A stretch of DNA of 63,148 bases, filler included, from Octopus bimaculoides (Eukaryota), in NCBI RefSeq assembly GCF_001194135.2. It is 7 parts of 7 records of this genome, joined end to end, with 100 filler letters (N's around TTAATTAATTAA, not from the genome) between each part and the next. Parts side by side here need not be neighbours in the genome. Positions count along the whole stretch, not along the records: positions 47,402 to 58,732 come from NC_068984.1; positions 58,833 to 61,208 come from NW_026362090.1; positions 61,309 to 63,148 come from NW_026304018.1; 4 more parts are not named here. One strand, written 5' to 3'. Below are positions 48,099 through 62,458 of the stretch, piece after piece (the first letter of the stretch is position 1; each line of letters begins with the position of its first letter). The translations under genes were made by a program, and so were the position numbers. A model generated the notes under the pieces. That model worked only from the letters and a program-made list of their open reading frames with translations. It was not told the origin of the DNA and ran no database searches.

Positions 48099-50762
48099 GA
48101 GTGAGAGAGCTGTACATGCCATCAAAGTGACACTGGGGTAAAATATACGAAGCCCATTATACCCATCATGACTACCCGTCTGATAAGGGTACACCAGGCA
48201 CATGCATCACAACCATATGTACGCGACATGGTGATCTCATATCAAGATAAACAGTGCATGACCTCGCAGGTGGGGCCCAGTTAGAATTTTTGATGCCAAT
48301 CTCATTACTTGGAGAATCATAAGCTCTAATATTTTGGGATTTAATTTTATTTTCTGTATGTTTAATTTGCTTATGTGACTTGTCAGCAAAATAAAACCCA
48401 ATGAAGTGGACAAAATGTGAACATAAGAGGCAGAGAACCCTAAGAATAAAGGTAAACGGAAAAATTCAATTTCTCTCAATCATTTTACACAGAAACAATA
48501 CTTATCCTTTAATGGTTAAAAACTTTAATTAATATAATTTGAAGGATTCTATTATCAATAAGAACACCATAATTTTTTGCAAAGTGAAGAAGACAAGCGA
48601 AATTTGATGAACTATAGGTTTGCGATACAAGACTATTAATTATTTCTGCAGCTTTATTAGAAATATGGAGGAGTTAAATGTATGACCGAGCAGACAAACA
48701 AATTTATGCGTCATGACAAAAGAAAACAACTTTGTTCGACAAAGTATCACGTATCTCTGCATCATCAAAAGCACGGGAGCCTTCCTAAGCTATCGAAGCA
48801 ACAAATGGAGGTAACCCTAATTCGGTTCAAAAACGGGTTGCGGAATCGTATGCGTTTAATTTTTCAATTTAGGGCGGAGAAACAAGAGTAGATTGTGCGT
48901 CCTATGAAAGCCCGTTACCGTAAGTCACAACATATGTGACGAAGCCAAACGAGGGATACATTCAAGTACATTGATTTTAACTCTTAGTTCATCGTCATCT
49001 TTATAATTCAGTTTAGTATACTGAAGTAACTAGAAACGGTATAAGATCCGAAGGAGTCTGGATAGTCATTTAAGTTCAATGACCACGAAGACCACACGAT
49101 CGCTCCGGAGAGCTCCTAGAAAAACACTAAAGACCTATTTGCAATGGGATGAACTCTAATTATAGGGGGCATAGAAGAAATAGATTGTTGATGCAAGCCG
49201 CTTTACAAAATTATGAACTGTTGTAATCCAACCATCCAGAGGTGCACAGGGCTAACTGAAATTGGTTGAAACTTGGGAAACAGTCAGTGGTTTCTGCTGT
49301 TTTGTTTCTTGTATTTTTAATGATCTATTTCAATAGTTTCATAACTATACCTTGTTTTGTTCTATCTTAGGTATATGAAGTATGCAGAGTTGTTTTCGCT
49401 AGCTCATTATTTCGGCCAATAAAATGTCCTTAAATCAAGCAAAAATTGGTTCTTTCTTATTTACTACTACTCTTTTTATTTACCTGATGAAAGTATCTGC
49501 AATATTATACATTTAGTCCTTTTTAACTAAATTCTTTGTAGCTCGGAACCTACGCCACATACTATATGGCGAACTTCTCTCTACTAAAACGTTAGTCATT
49601 AAACATCACAGTTATCTACACACAAGCTAATCATAACTACATATAGGTATAATTTTCCTTGTGGACGCTAAGGATAAAAATGCTAATGTATCTAAAACAA
49701 TATATTTGGAATTATTCATCCATATTTTGTTCACAGTTAATGAAAAGGGTGATGTTGATACGACTTAATTAATTACTTACAATAAAAAAAATATTCATTA
49801 GTTTTGTCTTGTAAGGATAATTACTATTCAGAGTATATATTCACATTCTTTTATATATTCACACGCTTATCAATATACAAATTCATATTTTCTTAATCTT
49901 TTCCATGCATCATATAATGTCATTAACATTGTAATCTTGGTATAAAGAAAAATGCATAGCTCTGTCTCGCAAGCCAGTATAAACTTCCGTTAGTTATTTT
50001 CGGTTCCCACTAGCAAACATTGACACATTCTCTACCCATCTACTTTTTACCCAGCGAAACATCAGAGATGTAACTGCTGGAGGGGGAAAGGTCTACCCAA
50101 GAAATCATCCAATACTGATTTTCAGCTGAGTAGAGTAGGACTACATGGGATTAAGCGCTTTTCTCAAGAATAAAACGTGTAGCTCACTTCAGTAATTGAA
50201 CCCACGATCTTATGATCCTAACCTCCTGACCACGCACAATGATGTAATCTTGTTGAATGCTTAGATATATTTATATAGAAAGTTATATCATATTATAAAA
50301 CTCTTGCACTTGTAAAATAGTAATTGAATGCGATATAGGGCCGTAACGTAAACTTATTTTATCAAACATGCGACCACAGAATTACAGTAAGTTGGAAACT
50401 TCAAAAGACTAACGGTGTTAGGAAAGCAAATCACTTTGATATCGAAATTAAGTTGGAGATTTCACTGGAGATTTTACTTATTTTTTACAGAGCTAAATGC
50501 AAATATATGCGATAATAGACATCAATACACTAAATATCTGATGAGAATTTCTAGTTATAATATTTTTTTCGTATACATTGTATATTTGTATTTCATGTTT
50601 TTTTCCTCATTCGATTTTCTGTTAATCTCCATACAGGCATGGCTGCTTTCCAACTACATAGTACAATGGGCAAGTGTCTTCTATTATAGCCTCGGGCTGA
50701 CTAAAGTCTTGTAGGTAAATTTGGTGGACGGAAACTGAAAAAAAAACATTATATATATAATG

Positions 50763-50793
<31 letters not shown>

Positions 50794-50911
50794 NNNNNNN
50801 NNNNNNNNNNNNNNNNNNNNNNNNNNNNNNNNNNNNNNNNNNNNNNNNNNNNNNNNNNNNNNNNNNNNNNNNNNNNNNNNNNNNNATAATTATACATACA
50901 TACATACATAC

Positions 50912-50944
<33 letters not shown>

Positions 50945-52291
50945 CGGGTTTTATCAGTTTCTGTCCACCAGATTCATCCACAAGGCTCTGGTCAGCCCAA
51001 GGCTATAGTAGAAGACACTTGCCCAGCGTATTATGTAGCTGGGAAGCAAACTTCTTCCACACACCCATGCCTGTATGGAGATTAACAGAAAATCGAATGA
51101 GGACAAAAACATGAAAAACAAGTATACAATGTATACGAAAAAATCAACAATGATAACTATAGAACGATGGTAGATATATTGAACGATATTGGAGATATTT
51201 CAGTGAATTATTAAAAGATTCTACAGAAATAATAACAAAACAAACTTAACACAAGGTTGCATGGGAATTAAAGCATAGAATGACGGATTATACATACTAT
51301 AAAAATGGCACAATGTGTCGAAAGAAGGTACACTGAATTAACATGGACATGGCCATCGTAACCAGTAAGTAATTCAGTCAAAACATTACTCGAAATGAAG
51401 TGAAGAAACTATTAAAAGACAAGGCCTTGAAATTGAAATAAGCAGGATGTTGAAAATGTAAGTAAAATCAGTACCAATTTCATAGAGCAACACGAACAAT
51501 TTTGGTGCCCAGGGTATATTAGGGATACTAATTTCAAATATACCATCAGTTTTCCTTAAGCAGTCCTACTTTTGAAAACACTGTGTACTTCTTTATATAT
51601 TGAAATTAGGAATTTCAGTTGCAGTTTACTATAGCTTGCTATTCTCTTTTATTGTTACTTCACTCCATAGAACTTCTTCAATTGAGAAGCTCAAGTAACT
51701 TATATTAATAAAGTCTTATATTAGTAAAGTCTTCAAGATAAAACAGGAATACAAACTAATTTAGCGCTACCCAAAGTGGAGATGTCATACTTTTTTAGGT
51801 GATAAAAACTGAACTTATCAGTTTCATTCAAAAGACTATATTTTTTATTTTGTTTTTGTTAGCTACACTAACATTCCTTTTAATAATTAAGAAATTAAAT
51901 TTAAGGTAGTTATATTTGTGGTTTTGTCATTATTTCCTTAGTGTTTATGTTATATACATTCAGAGAATTTAATTAAGAAAATGTATGGAAAATAATGTAA
52001 ACGGAAACACAATCTTCGCTTATTGACCAATTTATATTGGTCAATAAACGAAGGTAGTCATATGTGGTTTGGATGTGCGTACGTAACAAGTAAATGCAAT
52101 GTAATCTAATCTTCTATTTACTATCTTCAATATCCTCGATAGCAAATTGCTTGTTAGAACCGTATGTTATGTAAGATCTTACATCGATAAATTTCAAATT
52201 CGTAAACTTAAATTATCTACTTCCTTGTGTCCTTAAACCTACGTAGCGAATTTAATTTGGTCTCTATATTGTGTTTCCATATTCCAAAGAC

Positions 52292-53870
52292 ATGGTTTCT
52301 TCATAATGAGGGTGCACGAACTATTCAGACGTCTTCCGCTGAATTTATTGCGAGAAAACCCTCAATGAACATCGGACATCTATTTCTAATTATTTGAAGA
52401 GTGCCTATTTTGCTTGGAGACCAAGATGAATCGTGGCCTCCAAAATGTGCATAGGAAACTAATATTAATAAGGTTGTAATAAGCAGATGTACCTGAAATT
52501 TTAAAATTCCAGTTTATGGATCGAGACAAAAACAATTACGGTGGGTTGTTATTGCCACATTTTCAACATAAAGGATATCAATCGAAATTATCAAAAAAAA
52601 AATGAACCTATCCTGATCAATAATCTATAAAGATGAACCTGTTCCGCATTCTAATGAGACATCCACTCCATCTCTCATCCATCTGCCAGAGCTTTTCCTG
52701 AATGATGACACTAAACCAACTTATCTAATGACGTAGAACATAACAGGAGCGTGAAAATTATCAGTGGCTTTCAAGGAATCTTATCATTTGCTTAATGTTT
52801 AAACGAACTTGACTTCACAAGGGAACTGAGCCTCTCAAAGAAGTTTTCTAAATTTCTGACTCTCAGGTTAAATGGAAATAATTTAGTACATATAGGGACA
52901 AAAATTATGTTTAAAGAATAAAAAATGGTTTACTGTTCTTCTATAGAGATAACAACTCAGTGTTCTACAATAATGACAGAGGTCTTCCAAGAAAAAATGG
53001 GTCTAAAAAATACTTTCCAAATGAAGAATGGCTATGCAATTACATGCAGACGAACTTTAATTGTATCCTTTAATACAGCGGAAAAAAATACCCAATCCCA
53101 TTTAGTCATTCTAAACCACTTGAGATGATTTATCAAGACTACTAATGAGTCACTTATGTAAACCTAAAGGGGATTAACTTATTCCTTGGTCTGCAAAGTA
53201 ACTACTCAAGATATCTGTATTGTTGTATGTCTTTGGGACAGTAGCACCAAAGACAGCCACTGGATAAGAAAAATGTGACTTATAAAGGAAATTGTGGTAG
53301 TTGGAGAAAAGAATGTAATCAATGAAGCATTAGTGGAGAGAGAAATAAATGATCCTCTAATCATTATCTATAAAACTGACCTTATGAAGAAATTTGTGAA
53401 GATCTTAAATATAATAGGTGCCTTTTCGGCTGATAGTCCAGTAGGTTTGCTTAACTGAGTAAAGAGAATCATAAACCTGGTGGGAAGGGTTCATGATTTA
53501 GAGATAACAGAGCTCGTAAGAAAATTACATTTCATAGTGTCTTCACAAAGCCTTTTGCATGGTCTTTGTTTTATTTGTCAAAAGTTTACTTGGTAACAAT
53601 AAGGCAGACAACTCATGCTTTCCAATTTTCATAAACTTGGTTCTAACATAAATATCAAGACCAACTGCCTCAAGAGTCATTGATATTGGTTGCAAGGAAA
53701 ATCAGATTGTTAGAAATATTTCATCACGATTCAAGCCAATGAGAGAGTAACCATGAAGATAGGATACGTAGATATGTATGTGATAGCAGGCTACTAGTGG
53801 AACATTAAGTCTGATTGTCTTGGTAAATCTCATGTTGTGTTGGGAAGTCAAACAAATGATACCATAGCAT
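52292..53870 (+). pseudogene. Fossil Chapaev3-like (CMC superfamily) transposase
   Basis: Collinear remnants: GCTNYSDVF, LGDQDESWPPKC, PVPHSNE, MVYC, VNLKGINLFLGLQSNY, LWDS.TKDSHW, GEKNVINEALVERE, LLGNNKADN, MLSNFHKLGSNINIK...SH and Y*WNIKSDC. Family assignment is from recalled Chapaev3 motifs. Confidence 0.78.
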
Positions 53871-53947
53871 CTAATTTCGTTGTGTCTTGTTTCATCAGGA
53901 CAAATCTCCAGTACACAAGCTCTTGCTTTCAATGGTTGCTGTAAGTG

Positions 53948-54251
53948 CCTATGGTTTTTGAACTAGTTGATCACACAGCCTATTCTCTCGGTTTAGCCCA
54001 TCTGACAATCATCTGTTCCTCAAGAGGAAAAAATATTTGGCTGGGCACCAGTATCGCAGTGATGATGACGCTGTTGATGAAATGTTTGAGCAACAAGATG
54101 AAAGTTTCTTCGCCGATGTTATCCAAGCACTACAACACCGTTGGAAAAAGTGTGTGAACAGCTAAGGAAACTATGTTGAAAAAGAAACCTCATTTGGTCG
54201 TATTCTATGAGAGTATCTTGGTCATTTTATGAACTTTTCGACCGACCTTCG
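53948..54251 (+). mobile_element. 3' fragment of a second mariner family
   Basis: ELVDHTAYSLGLA/SDNHLFLK...LAGHQYRSDDDA...FFADVIQALQHRWKKCV.*GNYVEK, then a TIR-like GAACTTTTCGACCGACCTTCG-TA. Confidence 0.85.
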
Positions 54252-54318
54252 TAAACAGCATAAAAAATATAACAATACTTTTTAAACAAACAAATTATCT
54301 TAGCTGAAAGAGAAAATA

Positions 54319-55563
54319 CGAGGGTAAATAAAAAAATTGTCCGCACTTTCACCAAAACTTTCTTTAGGTTGGCCGTACTACCTTCAGCGCGTGCGTGCTA
54401 AAAAGTGGTATTTTTGTGGTTACGTAACCGAAGTTTGACCATGACCACTTCGGTTTTCTTTTTTGTGTTATAGAGCAAACATGGCCACTCCACCAGCAGT
54501 GGACACCAAGAAACAACAGAGATCAGTGATCCGGTTTCTCTGGTATGTCATCGGTATATCAATGCAGGTATGTCATCGCAGGCTTTCAGTATCATATGGG
54601 GACAGCATTCTACCGCGTAGAAGTGGGTATAAGTGGATCGAGAAGTTTAAGAATGGCCGAACAAGCTTGAAGCAAGAAGAGGGAGTAGGATGCTCATCAA
54701 CCTCTATCACTAATGTGAAGATTCAACAACCTCTAGAGATGATTCTGGCGAGCCGACGAGTGATCATTGATGAGAGAGTATATTGTCTGCAAATTTAGTA
54801 ATGACACTGCATATGAAATCATCCACAAATTTCCATTTCAAGAAGAGTACTGTGAGAACTAGCGAAGCGTTATTGTATGAATATCTGTCAACGCTCACTC
54901 GACCTCTGCAATAATGAAGGCAAAATCTTTTTGGAGAGAATAATCACAAGAGATGAAACCTGGGTCCATCACTTTGAGCCAAGATCCAAATGGCAGAGTA
55001 TGAAGTGGAAACACCCAGAATAGCCAGTGAAAAAACTTCAAAGCTCAACCTGCCCAAGGAAAAGTGTTGCTAACCGTTTTTTCTTGAACGTAAAAGGACC
55101 TATACTGCAACATTACTTGGAAAGGGATTATACAGTCACAAGTGTAGGCAACAGTGTTGGCCAACAAACTGAAATCAACATCTGACAATTAACGCCAAGG
55201 TCTATTGTTGAATCAAGTGTTATTTTTGCACAAGACGCACGCCCTCATGTGGCTGCTCACACTGTTGAAACTGTAGGAACACCAGATCTTACTCCTTCTA
55301 TCACCTCTCTGGACCGCTCAAGCATTCTTTAAGAGGTCGTATATTTGCTACGGACGAAGAAGTACAAGAATCAGTGCATAAATGATTGCATGACCACCGG
55401 AAAACCTTCTTCTTCAATGGAATAAGCAAGCTTGTGGACCGCTGGATGGAATCAATAGGAAAGCAAGAAGACAATGTCGAAAAATTATGTAAATGTTCAA
55501 CCCATGCTTTTGCTTAACTAAATTATATAAGCAAGAATGCTTATAATTTTTGCCTTAACCTCG
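54319..55563 (+). mobile_element. Near full-length decayed mariner (Tc1/mariner DD34D) transposon
   Basis: TA flanks at both ends and imperfect TIRs CGAGGGTAAATAAAAAAATT / AATTTTTGCCTTAACCTCG. Remnant QQRSVIRFL, RIITRDETWVHHFEP, QDARPH, PDLTPS and GISKLVDRW, with many frameshifts and stops. Confidence 0.9.
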
Positions 55564-55599
55564 TATTTAAAAAAGTGGTACTAATAAAACCTAATAATG

Positions 55600-57720
55600 C
55601 AACTCTCCTTGTGATTACAGAACACAAAAAATTACGAATGGCGACTCAACAGAGCATAAAGTTATCAAAATTTACACTTCAAGACTTACCTACAGCAACT
55701 TAAAACGAGAAACAAGCAATATCAACAAGCGCTTCCGATTAAGAATTCTTTAAATGTGTAATGCTAACACAAGCGACTAAATACTATCACCAGGAAAGTA
55801 TAATACAGAAAATTATGCACAGTTTTGAGTAAGGATAAAATTTATAGAATTTGAGCAAAAATCACAAATCAGTAGGATATCGTATAGTGTAACGATAAAC
55901 TTGTAATGCCAATTAATTGCTTAATTGGGTAGTTCCTAATTGTATAGAGAAGGCGTATTAACTAAAGCTGAGAAAACAAGAAAGAAAATAAATCATTCAA
56001 CATGGCATCAACTGAGAAATAAAAATATTTAGCTTCAATATGTGAGATTCGATACAAAAATATCAATCAACATAATTACAATGTAATACAGAGGATGTAA
56101 ATTTCATGAACCACTGGTATTCAAATAAGTAGATATTAAACCAAAAGTGAGCTGAAATCAATCATTTTGAAGAAAAATATGATAAGTTAAAGAATAACAT
56201 AAAGCAAGAAATAATCCATGACACTAAACGAAATGGTCAACCATGCAATGCCACTGGAATCTATAAATATTACAGCAGAAGATATGATGGATCCCATAGG
56301 ACGAAAAAGTGATTGAAAGGTGTCTAGAATGGAGAATATTTCTGGTTAAAGCAGCTATGCTGTCATGATCCAATATTTTGATAAAAATAATATGTTGCCT
56401 ATCACAAATATTAGAATGCCCTCGTTTCAAGAGTGAGAGAAACATGTTGCCTAAAGTTTATTAGGCTTTTACATCCCTTCTTATTTTTCTATGTATACCC
56501 ACTATTATTTGGGGATATGGCAATATCTAGATATGAATAAACTTCCATCTAGAAAATGAAAATATTGCAGAAGAAGCTTTCTACTGCTGGATTGACTTTA
56601 CAGCTTTTAATGGAATTGTAGTACCTCTTTCTTATTAACACTAAATTTAATTTATTTATGTTTTGCTTGAGCTTTCCAAATCCGTCACCTGCTGTTCAGC
56701 ATTTAAAACCAACTGTTACCGGCTTTACCAAATTTTCCCATTTTATAAGCCTCTCATTGGACTTGCCTAAGATATACAGACCCACATATCTTTTCTACCT
56801 TATCCTACTTGTACATTTAAATCACTTTGAATGATGTTTTCTTGAGACTTGCATCGCTTCAATGTTGTTGTTGTTGTTGTTTTTTTTGTTTTTTTTGGTG
56901 GGGGTCCTAAAAGTTTTCAAGCTCATTGTCGCTGCTCTCGCTTGTTGTGTATAGATTTGGTTAATGTTGGTATCGACGGGTCTGTTTTCATTACATAACG
57001 AAATAATTATCCAATCTATTAAACATGTACCAGATAAGATAAAACATCAAAAATATCCGTTATACGGTCGACACAGTTCTCATGACTATAACGAAGGAAA
57101 AATCTACACACTTTAGTTAGTACTGCTGAGTACTGTGAGCGAAAAGATAGGACTGAGTTTCAACAGGCAAAAAAGTATAATGTGGCTCTCAAATTTAATC
57201 CATCTGCTACATATTTACCGGACGACAATGAGACAAATCGATAGTTTTAAACATTTGGAAATCATCATTACATATATGAGACAGGAAGTGAAGGATAGAC
57301 AGATCAAGAATGCCTTTAGAATGAAAGAAAGAGTCCCAGAAACATACAGTGGATCGATCTGTACATATGGCTGTGACACCTAGAACATCAATAAACAAAG
57401 CAAAAGCTTCTCAGTACTGTAGAGATGCGAGTCCTTTGATGATTGCTTAAGATATCCTATATAGTTAGAGAGGCAAACATCGAGGATCTTAGACGAACAG
57501 AAGCTACCAGAAAAATGTCTTGATAATATAAGGTGGCAACAGGCTAAGTTCACTAGATGTCATATGAGAAAATAAAAGCTTTCATGCTTCACGACAACTG
57601 AAAAACTGACAAAAACTAACAACTTAAAGAAGGAAGCCAGTTAAGACAGAAAGAGATGACAGTCGACTGCTTTATCTCCTAGCTACAGAATTACCGACTC
57701 AGAAATATACTAAGTTGTGT
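55600..57720 (+). mobile_element. Heavily decayed RTE-like LINE (reverse transcriptase region)
   Basis: Scattered remnants WIDFTAFN, SEKIGLSFN..K, QIDSFKHLEIII and TYGCDT* (YGCETW motif). Boundaries are approximate. Confidence 0.55.
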
Positions 57721-58409
57721 TTGGGCAACCTGTGACTGATGATGTAAGCATGGAAGATGAAGAGAAGAATAACAGGCCTGCATACTTGTAAAGATTAATT
57801 ATTGATAAATATTGATTCCAAACTGTGGTACCAGGCCAGCAATTTCGGGGAAAGGAGTAAGTCGATTACATCGACTCCAGTGTTCAACTGGTACTTCTTT
57901 TATCGACACCAAAAGGATCAAAGGCAAAATCGACCTCGGCAGAATTTTGACTCAGACCGTAAAGACAGACGAATTGCCGCTAAGCATTTCGCCAGAATCG
58001 TTCCACGCCGAAATCCTGCTAGACATTTCGGTGTGATATCGATTCTTCGCCTTTCGCCACCTCATTATTGATAAATATTAACAAATATTAAAACAGAAAA
58101 CTTAAAGCAGGAAATGAACCTGCATACTCCTTGTATAGATTACATAAATGTATGTGATACTGTACTAAATTCATGAATATTTGAATGAAAGATGTGTAAA
58201 TTATTACCAATGGTTACAGATTTCATAAAATTAGACTTGCCTGACTGGAGAACAAAGATTATGTGAAATCTTAAGAGGCTCTTGAAATAAATCAAATTCT
58301 TATTTGAAATTCGCATCTCTAAATTCTGCGTGGAAAACTTTTTTAGTTACTAATATCAGCTAATTCTTCCTCAAAATATCACTACACCATTTTAAAAAGG
58401 AAGAACACA

Positions 58410-58498
58410 TTGGTTATAATAATTTAGCATTGGATATAATAATTTAGCATTGGATATAATAATTTAGCATTGGATATAATAATTTAGCATTGGATATA
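58410..58498. repeat. 20-bp minisatellite, 4.5 copies
   Basis: Unit TTGGATATAATAATTTAGCA; one substitution in copy 1. Confidence 0.95.
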
Positions 58499-60552
58499 CT
58501 TAATAATATGTGATTTGCCACAGCTGGAGTATCCTCGTGTTGTTGCTCCTGTCTAAACACGAACAGCAACAGAACTGTTGAGAACAGTTGGATTAATCAT
58601 GATCAGCTCATTTTCTTGATTCTTCATTTCATTATTTTGCCCTCAGTAGTCTATTCCTACAATAACTTCTAAGTTTCTCTTTTCTGTCTCACTGTATGTA
58701 TGTAAATTTTCCAATATATATATATATATATANNNNNNNNNNNNNNNNNNNNNNNNNNNNNNNNNNNNNNNNNNNNTTAATTAATTAANNNNNNNNNNNN
58801 NNNNNNNNNNNNNNNNNNNNNNNNNNNNNNNNTGAAAAGAAGAAGAAACCCCTGATTCCAGCATTCCACCAACCAAAATTCTGGGTATAGCAAAGGAAAT
58901 ATCTTTAAGGCCAGCTGTGCAACTGGATAAGCAATTATATCTCTCAACAGTACCAACCTGTAGTATTACACCATCAAGCAATGAGGAACACACAAGAATG
59001 TCTTTTATGGCTATGCCCTCACTCCCTCTCTCGGGTGCTGGCACCCAGTTCACTCTCTGTAAAGTGGTTGGCTTTAGGAAGGACACCCATCGATAGAAAC
59101 CCTGACAAAACAGACAATTGGAACTAGGACAGCTCTCAGGCTGGCCAGCTCCTCTCAAACCGTCCATCCCATGGCANNNNNNNNNNNNNNNNNNNNNNNN
59201 NNNNNNNNNNNNNNNNNNNNNNNNNNNNNNNNNNNNNNNNNNNNNNNNNNNNNNNNNNNNNNNNNNNNNNNNNNNNNNNNNNNNNNNNNNNNNNNNNNNN
59301 NNCAAAGAGAAAAAGAAAAAAATAACACCACAGAAAAACAAGATTTAAAACAAAACAACAAATAATGGTGAGGAAGAACAATTTCTTCCAAATGACGATT
59401 TCCTCCTCAGAAAAATAACAAAGAAAATCAAGAGAAAATTCACAATTCTTCAAAAATCTAAGCAGGAAATATCTTTTATCTCTTACTTGCTTCTGTCATT
59501 GGACTGTAGCCATACTGGGGCACTGCCTTGAAGGGTTTAACTGGACAAATTGATGCCAGAATTTACTTTTTCAAGCCTGGTACTTATTCTATCAGTTTCT
59601 TTCCCTGAGCCACCAGGCTATAAGGATGTAAACAAACCAGCATCAGTTTTCAAGTGGTGGTGAGGGACAAACAAGAACACACACACGCACACACACACAT
59701 CTCTTTTACTATAGTCCCAGGCCTTGTAAATGGAAATTGAAAGAAGCCCAATATATATATGTATATATGTACATATGTATGTGTGTATTTGTGTCTCCTT
59801 GTCATGATATTGCATGATAATTCTAATTTNNNNNNNNNNNNNNNNNNNNNNNNNNNNNNNNNNNNNNNNNNNNNNNNNNNNNNNNNNNNNNNNNNNNNNN
59901 NNNNNNNNNNNNNNNNNNNNNNNNNNNNNNNNNNNNNNNNNNNNNNNNNNNNNNNNNNNNNNNNNNNNNNNNNNNNNNNNNNNNNNNNNNNNNNNNNNNN
60001 NNNNNNNNNNNNNNNNNNNNNNNNNNNNNNNNNNNNNNNNNNNNNNNNNNNNNNNNNNNNNNNNNNNNNNNNNNNNNNNNNNNNNNNNNNNNNNNNNNNN
60101 NNNNNNNNNNNNNNNATGATGACAATGATGATGATGATGAAACATGGCAGTCTTTCTGAGTAGATTAATTTCCAATCTTCTGCAAAAACATGTCTGGCAG
60201 TGGTGAGGGGAGAAGAAGCACTAACTTGCTTGAGAANNNNNNNNNNGTGAGGGTTGGTGACAGGAAGGACATCCAGCTGTAGAAAATCAGCTTTGAAAAG
60301 ATATTAAAATGATGATGATGATGATGATGAAGACGATGATGACGATGATGATGATGNNNNNNNNNNNNNNNNNNNNNNNNNNNNNNNNNNNNNNNNNNNN
60401 NNNNNNNNNNNNNNNNNNNNNNNNNNNNNNNNNNNNNNNNNNNNNNNNNNNNNNNNNNNNNNNNNNNNNNNNNNNNNNNNNNNNNNNNNNNNNNNNNNNN
60501 NNNNNNNNNNNNNNNNNNNNNNNNNNNNNNNNNNNNNNNNNNNACAATTCTA

Positions 60553-60912
60553 CTTGAAGACAAAATGCATAAAGAAAAGAGGCAAAACAACTGAATTCTT
60601 TAAAACATTGGGTGATAATTTCCAAGCGAAGCAAAACATTGAGTCAAAATGTTTCATCTGATGGAGGCAACAATTTAGCAACTGTTTATTTGCATCTGCT
60701 GAGGTTTTCCTGATAATTGCAAAAGCTGACAGACCAGATAATAGCAGTGAATCTCTAATGTTGCCTGAAGTGCCTGTACAGATTGCAATTGTCATGAAGC
60801 TGATTGCACATGAACTTAGGAAAGCCACCCCTTTGAGCAACTCATCAGAATTGAGGTAGATTGATGAGATGGCTGAGGGGCTGGAAAAGCAGCAAATTGA
60901 TATTTATAAATG
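60553..60912 (+). pseudogene. hAT Buster/Charlie-type (ZBED5/SCAND3-like) transposase fragment
   Basis: LFASAEVFLIIAKADRPDNSSESLMLP...ATPLSNSSELR*IDEMAEGLEKQ, matching the pattern ASY....IAK.KKPHTIGE.LILP...PLSN.T..RRI.EMA. Confidence 0.75.
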
Positions 60913-61308
60913 AAGTAGTTTGTCCTGTAAATTGTGGAATTTTTATCATGGATAATGAATCCATTATGGAAGGAAAATGTTGGCTGTGTGGTGAACAAGT
61001 TTTGCTTCTCAGCCTTATGGCTTTTGTGGTTCAGTCCCACTCTGTGGTACCATAGCCAAGTGTCTTCTATAGCCTCAGGCTGACTGAACTTTTGCAAGTA
61101 GGTTTGATAGATGGAAACAAAAAGAAGCCTAGTGTTTCTACCTCCCTACATACCTATGTATGGAAATACCTACCTATGTATCTATGTATTTAGCTATCTA
61201 TTTATGTANNNNNNNNNNNNNNNNNNNNNNNNNNNNNNNNNNNNNNNNNNNNTTAATTAATTAANNNNNNNNNNNNNNNNNNNNNNNNNNNNNNNNNNNN
61301 NNNNNNNN

Positions 61309-61344
<36 letters not shown>

Positions 61345-61410
61345 TCACCGCCTGGAATTGAACCTGGAATCTTGGGGTTAGTAGCCCGTGCTCTTAACCA
61401 CCCCATATGC
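61309..61410 (-). mobile_element. Head + (TAA)n of the same tRNA-headed SINE family, cut by a scaffold join
   Basis: caggtcaccgcctggaattgaacctggaatcttggggttagtagcccgtgctcttaacc is homologous to 24294-24355. Confidence 0.75.
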
Positions 61411-62154
61411 CTTATGCCTACGGGCATCTTAGCCATACGGGTGCTTCACAAATTGCGTGTCATCTTTGTGCATGAACCAAATTACTCTACTTATATTTAC
61501 CCGAGAGAAATTGTCCTTGTATAGTTCACCATTTCTCTGGGGATAGATTGACTATAATTGGTAAAAATATTAACAATAAACAAATGAGATGCAGTTGGTG
61601 AAATAAAATCGAATCCTAGTTTATATATTCAGAATTATCAATTCATCGTCATGTTACGAAAATCCCACAGTGGCGAAGACAGATATTTGTAAATGAAATG
61701 TAATAAACCATAAAATTAATATATGGCTATTTTGTTAAATACCCACAGAGAAAGAAAAAAAAATGCTGTCTATCGTCTATGTCGCCCATCGTATTTCAAC
61801 AAAGCGATTCATTAAAATATTCTTATAAATTCTTCACTAATGAAACCGAAGATAAAAGAGAATTTTATTACGTCAAATAATTGGAATACTAACAAGCTAG
61901 ATTAATGGATCTTGATAACCACGTGGTATTTGGTCAATCTTTATGGCTGTCTTTGTTAAGCCAACAATGTTTGATAAACGATGTTTATCAGAAAACTAGA
62001 AGCGCATTAAATATTTAAATTAAATTCTTTTCTGAAGTATTTTGAATGAAACTGATTGGAAGATCTAACAGCAGTAAAAATGAACTTATTTACCTTCCTA
62101 TCAACCGCTTTACGAACTTCATTATCAGTCTGTCTGTCCGTCTGTCTCTTTCTG

Positions 62155-62218
<64 letters not shown>

Positions 62219-62345
62219 CTTCTGTCTATTTAGTTTTCTCATTATTTATCTAACTATGAGTGCACACGCACACCAGTGCATGTACACGTTAGGTTGTGTG
62301 TACGTATACCTATATAAATATTTAAGTGTTTGTGTATTTCAAACA

Positions 62346-62391
<46 letters not shown>

Positions 62392-62410
62392 TACATATAT
62401 CTGTATATAT

Positions 62411-62458
<48 letters not shown>

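Noticed and set aside
48600-49270. Possible Gypsy RNase H/integrase remnant
   Set aside because: Only a few scattered residues fit, so it cannot be supported without a homology search.
58410-58498. Regular 20-bp repeats as a possible CRISPR array
   Set aside because: Head-to-tail units with no spacers, eukaryotic context, and no cas genes.
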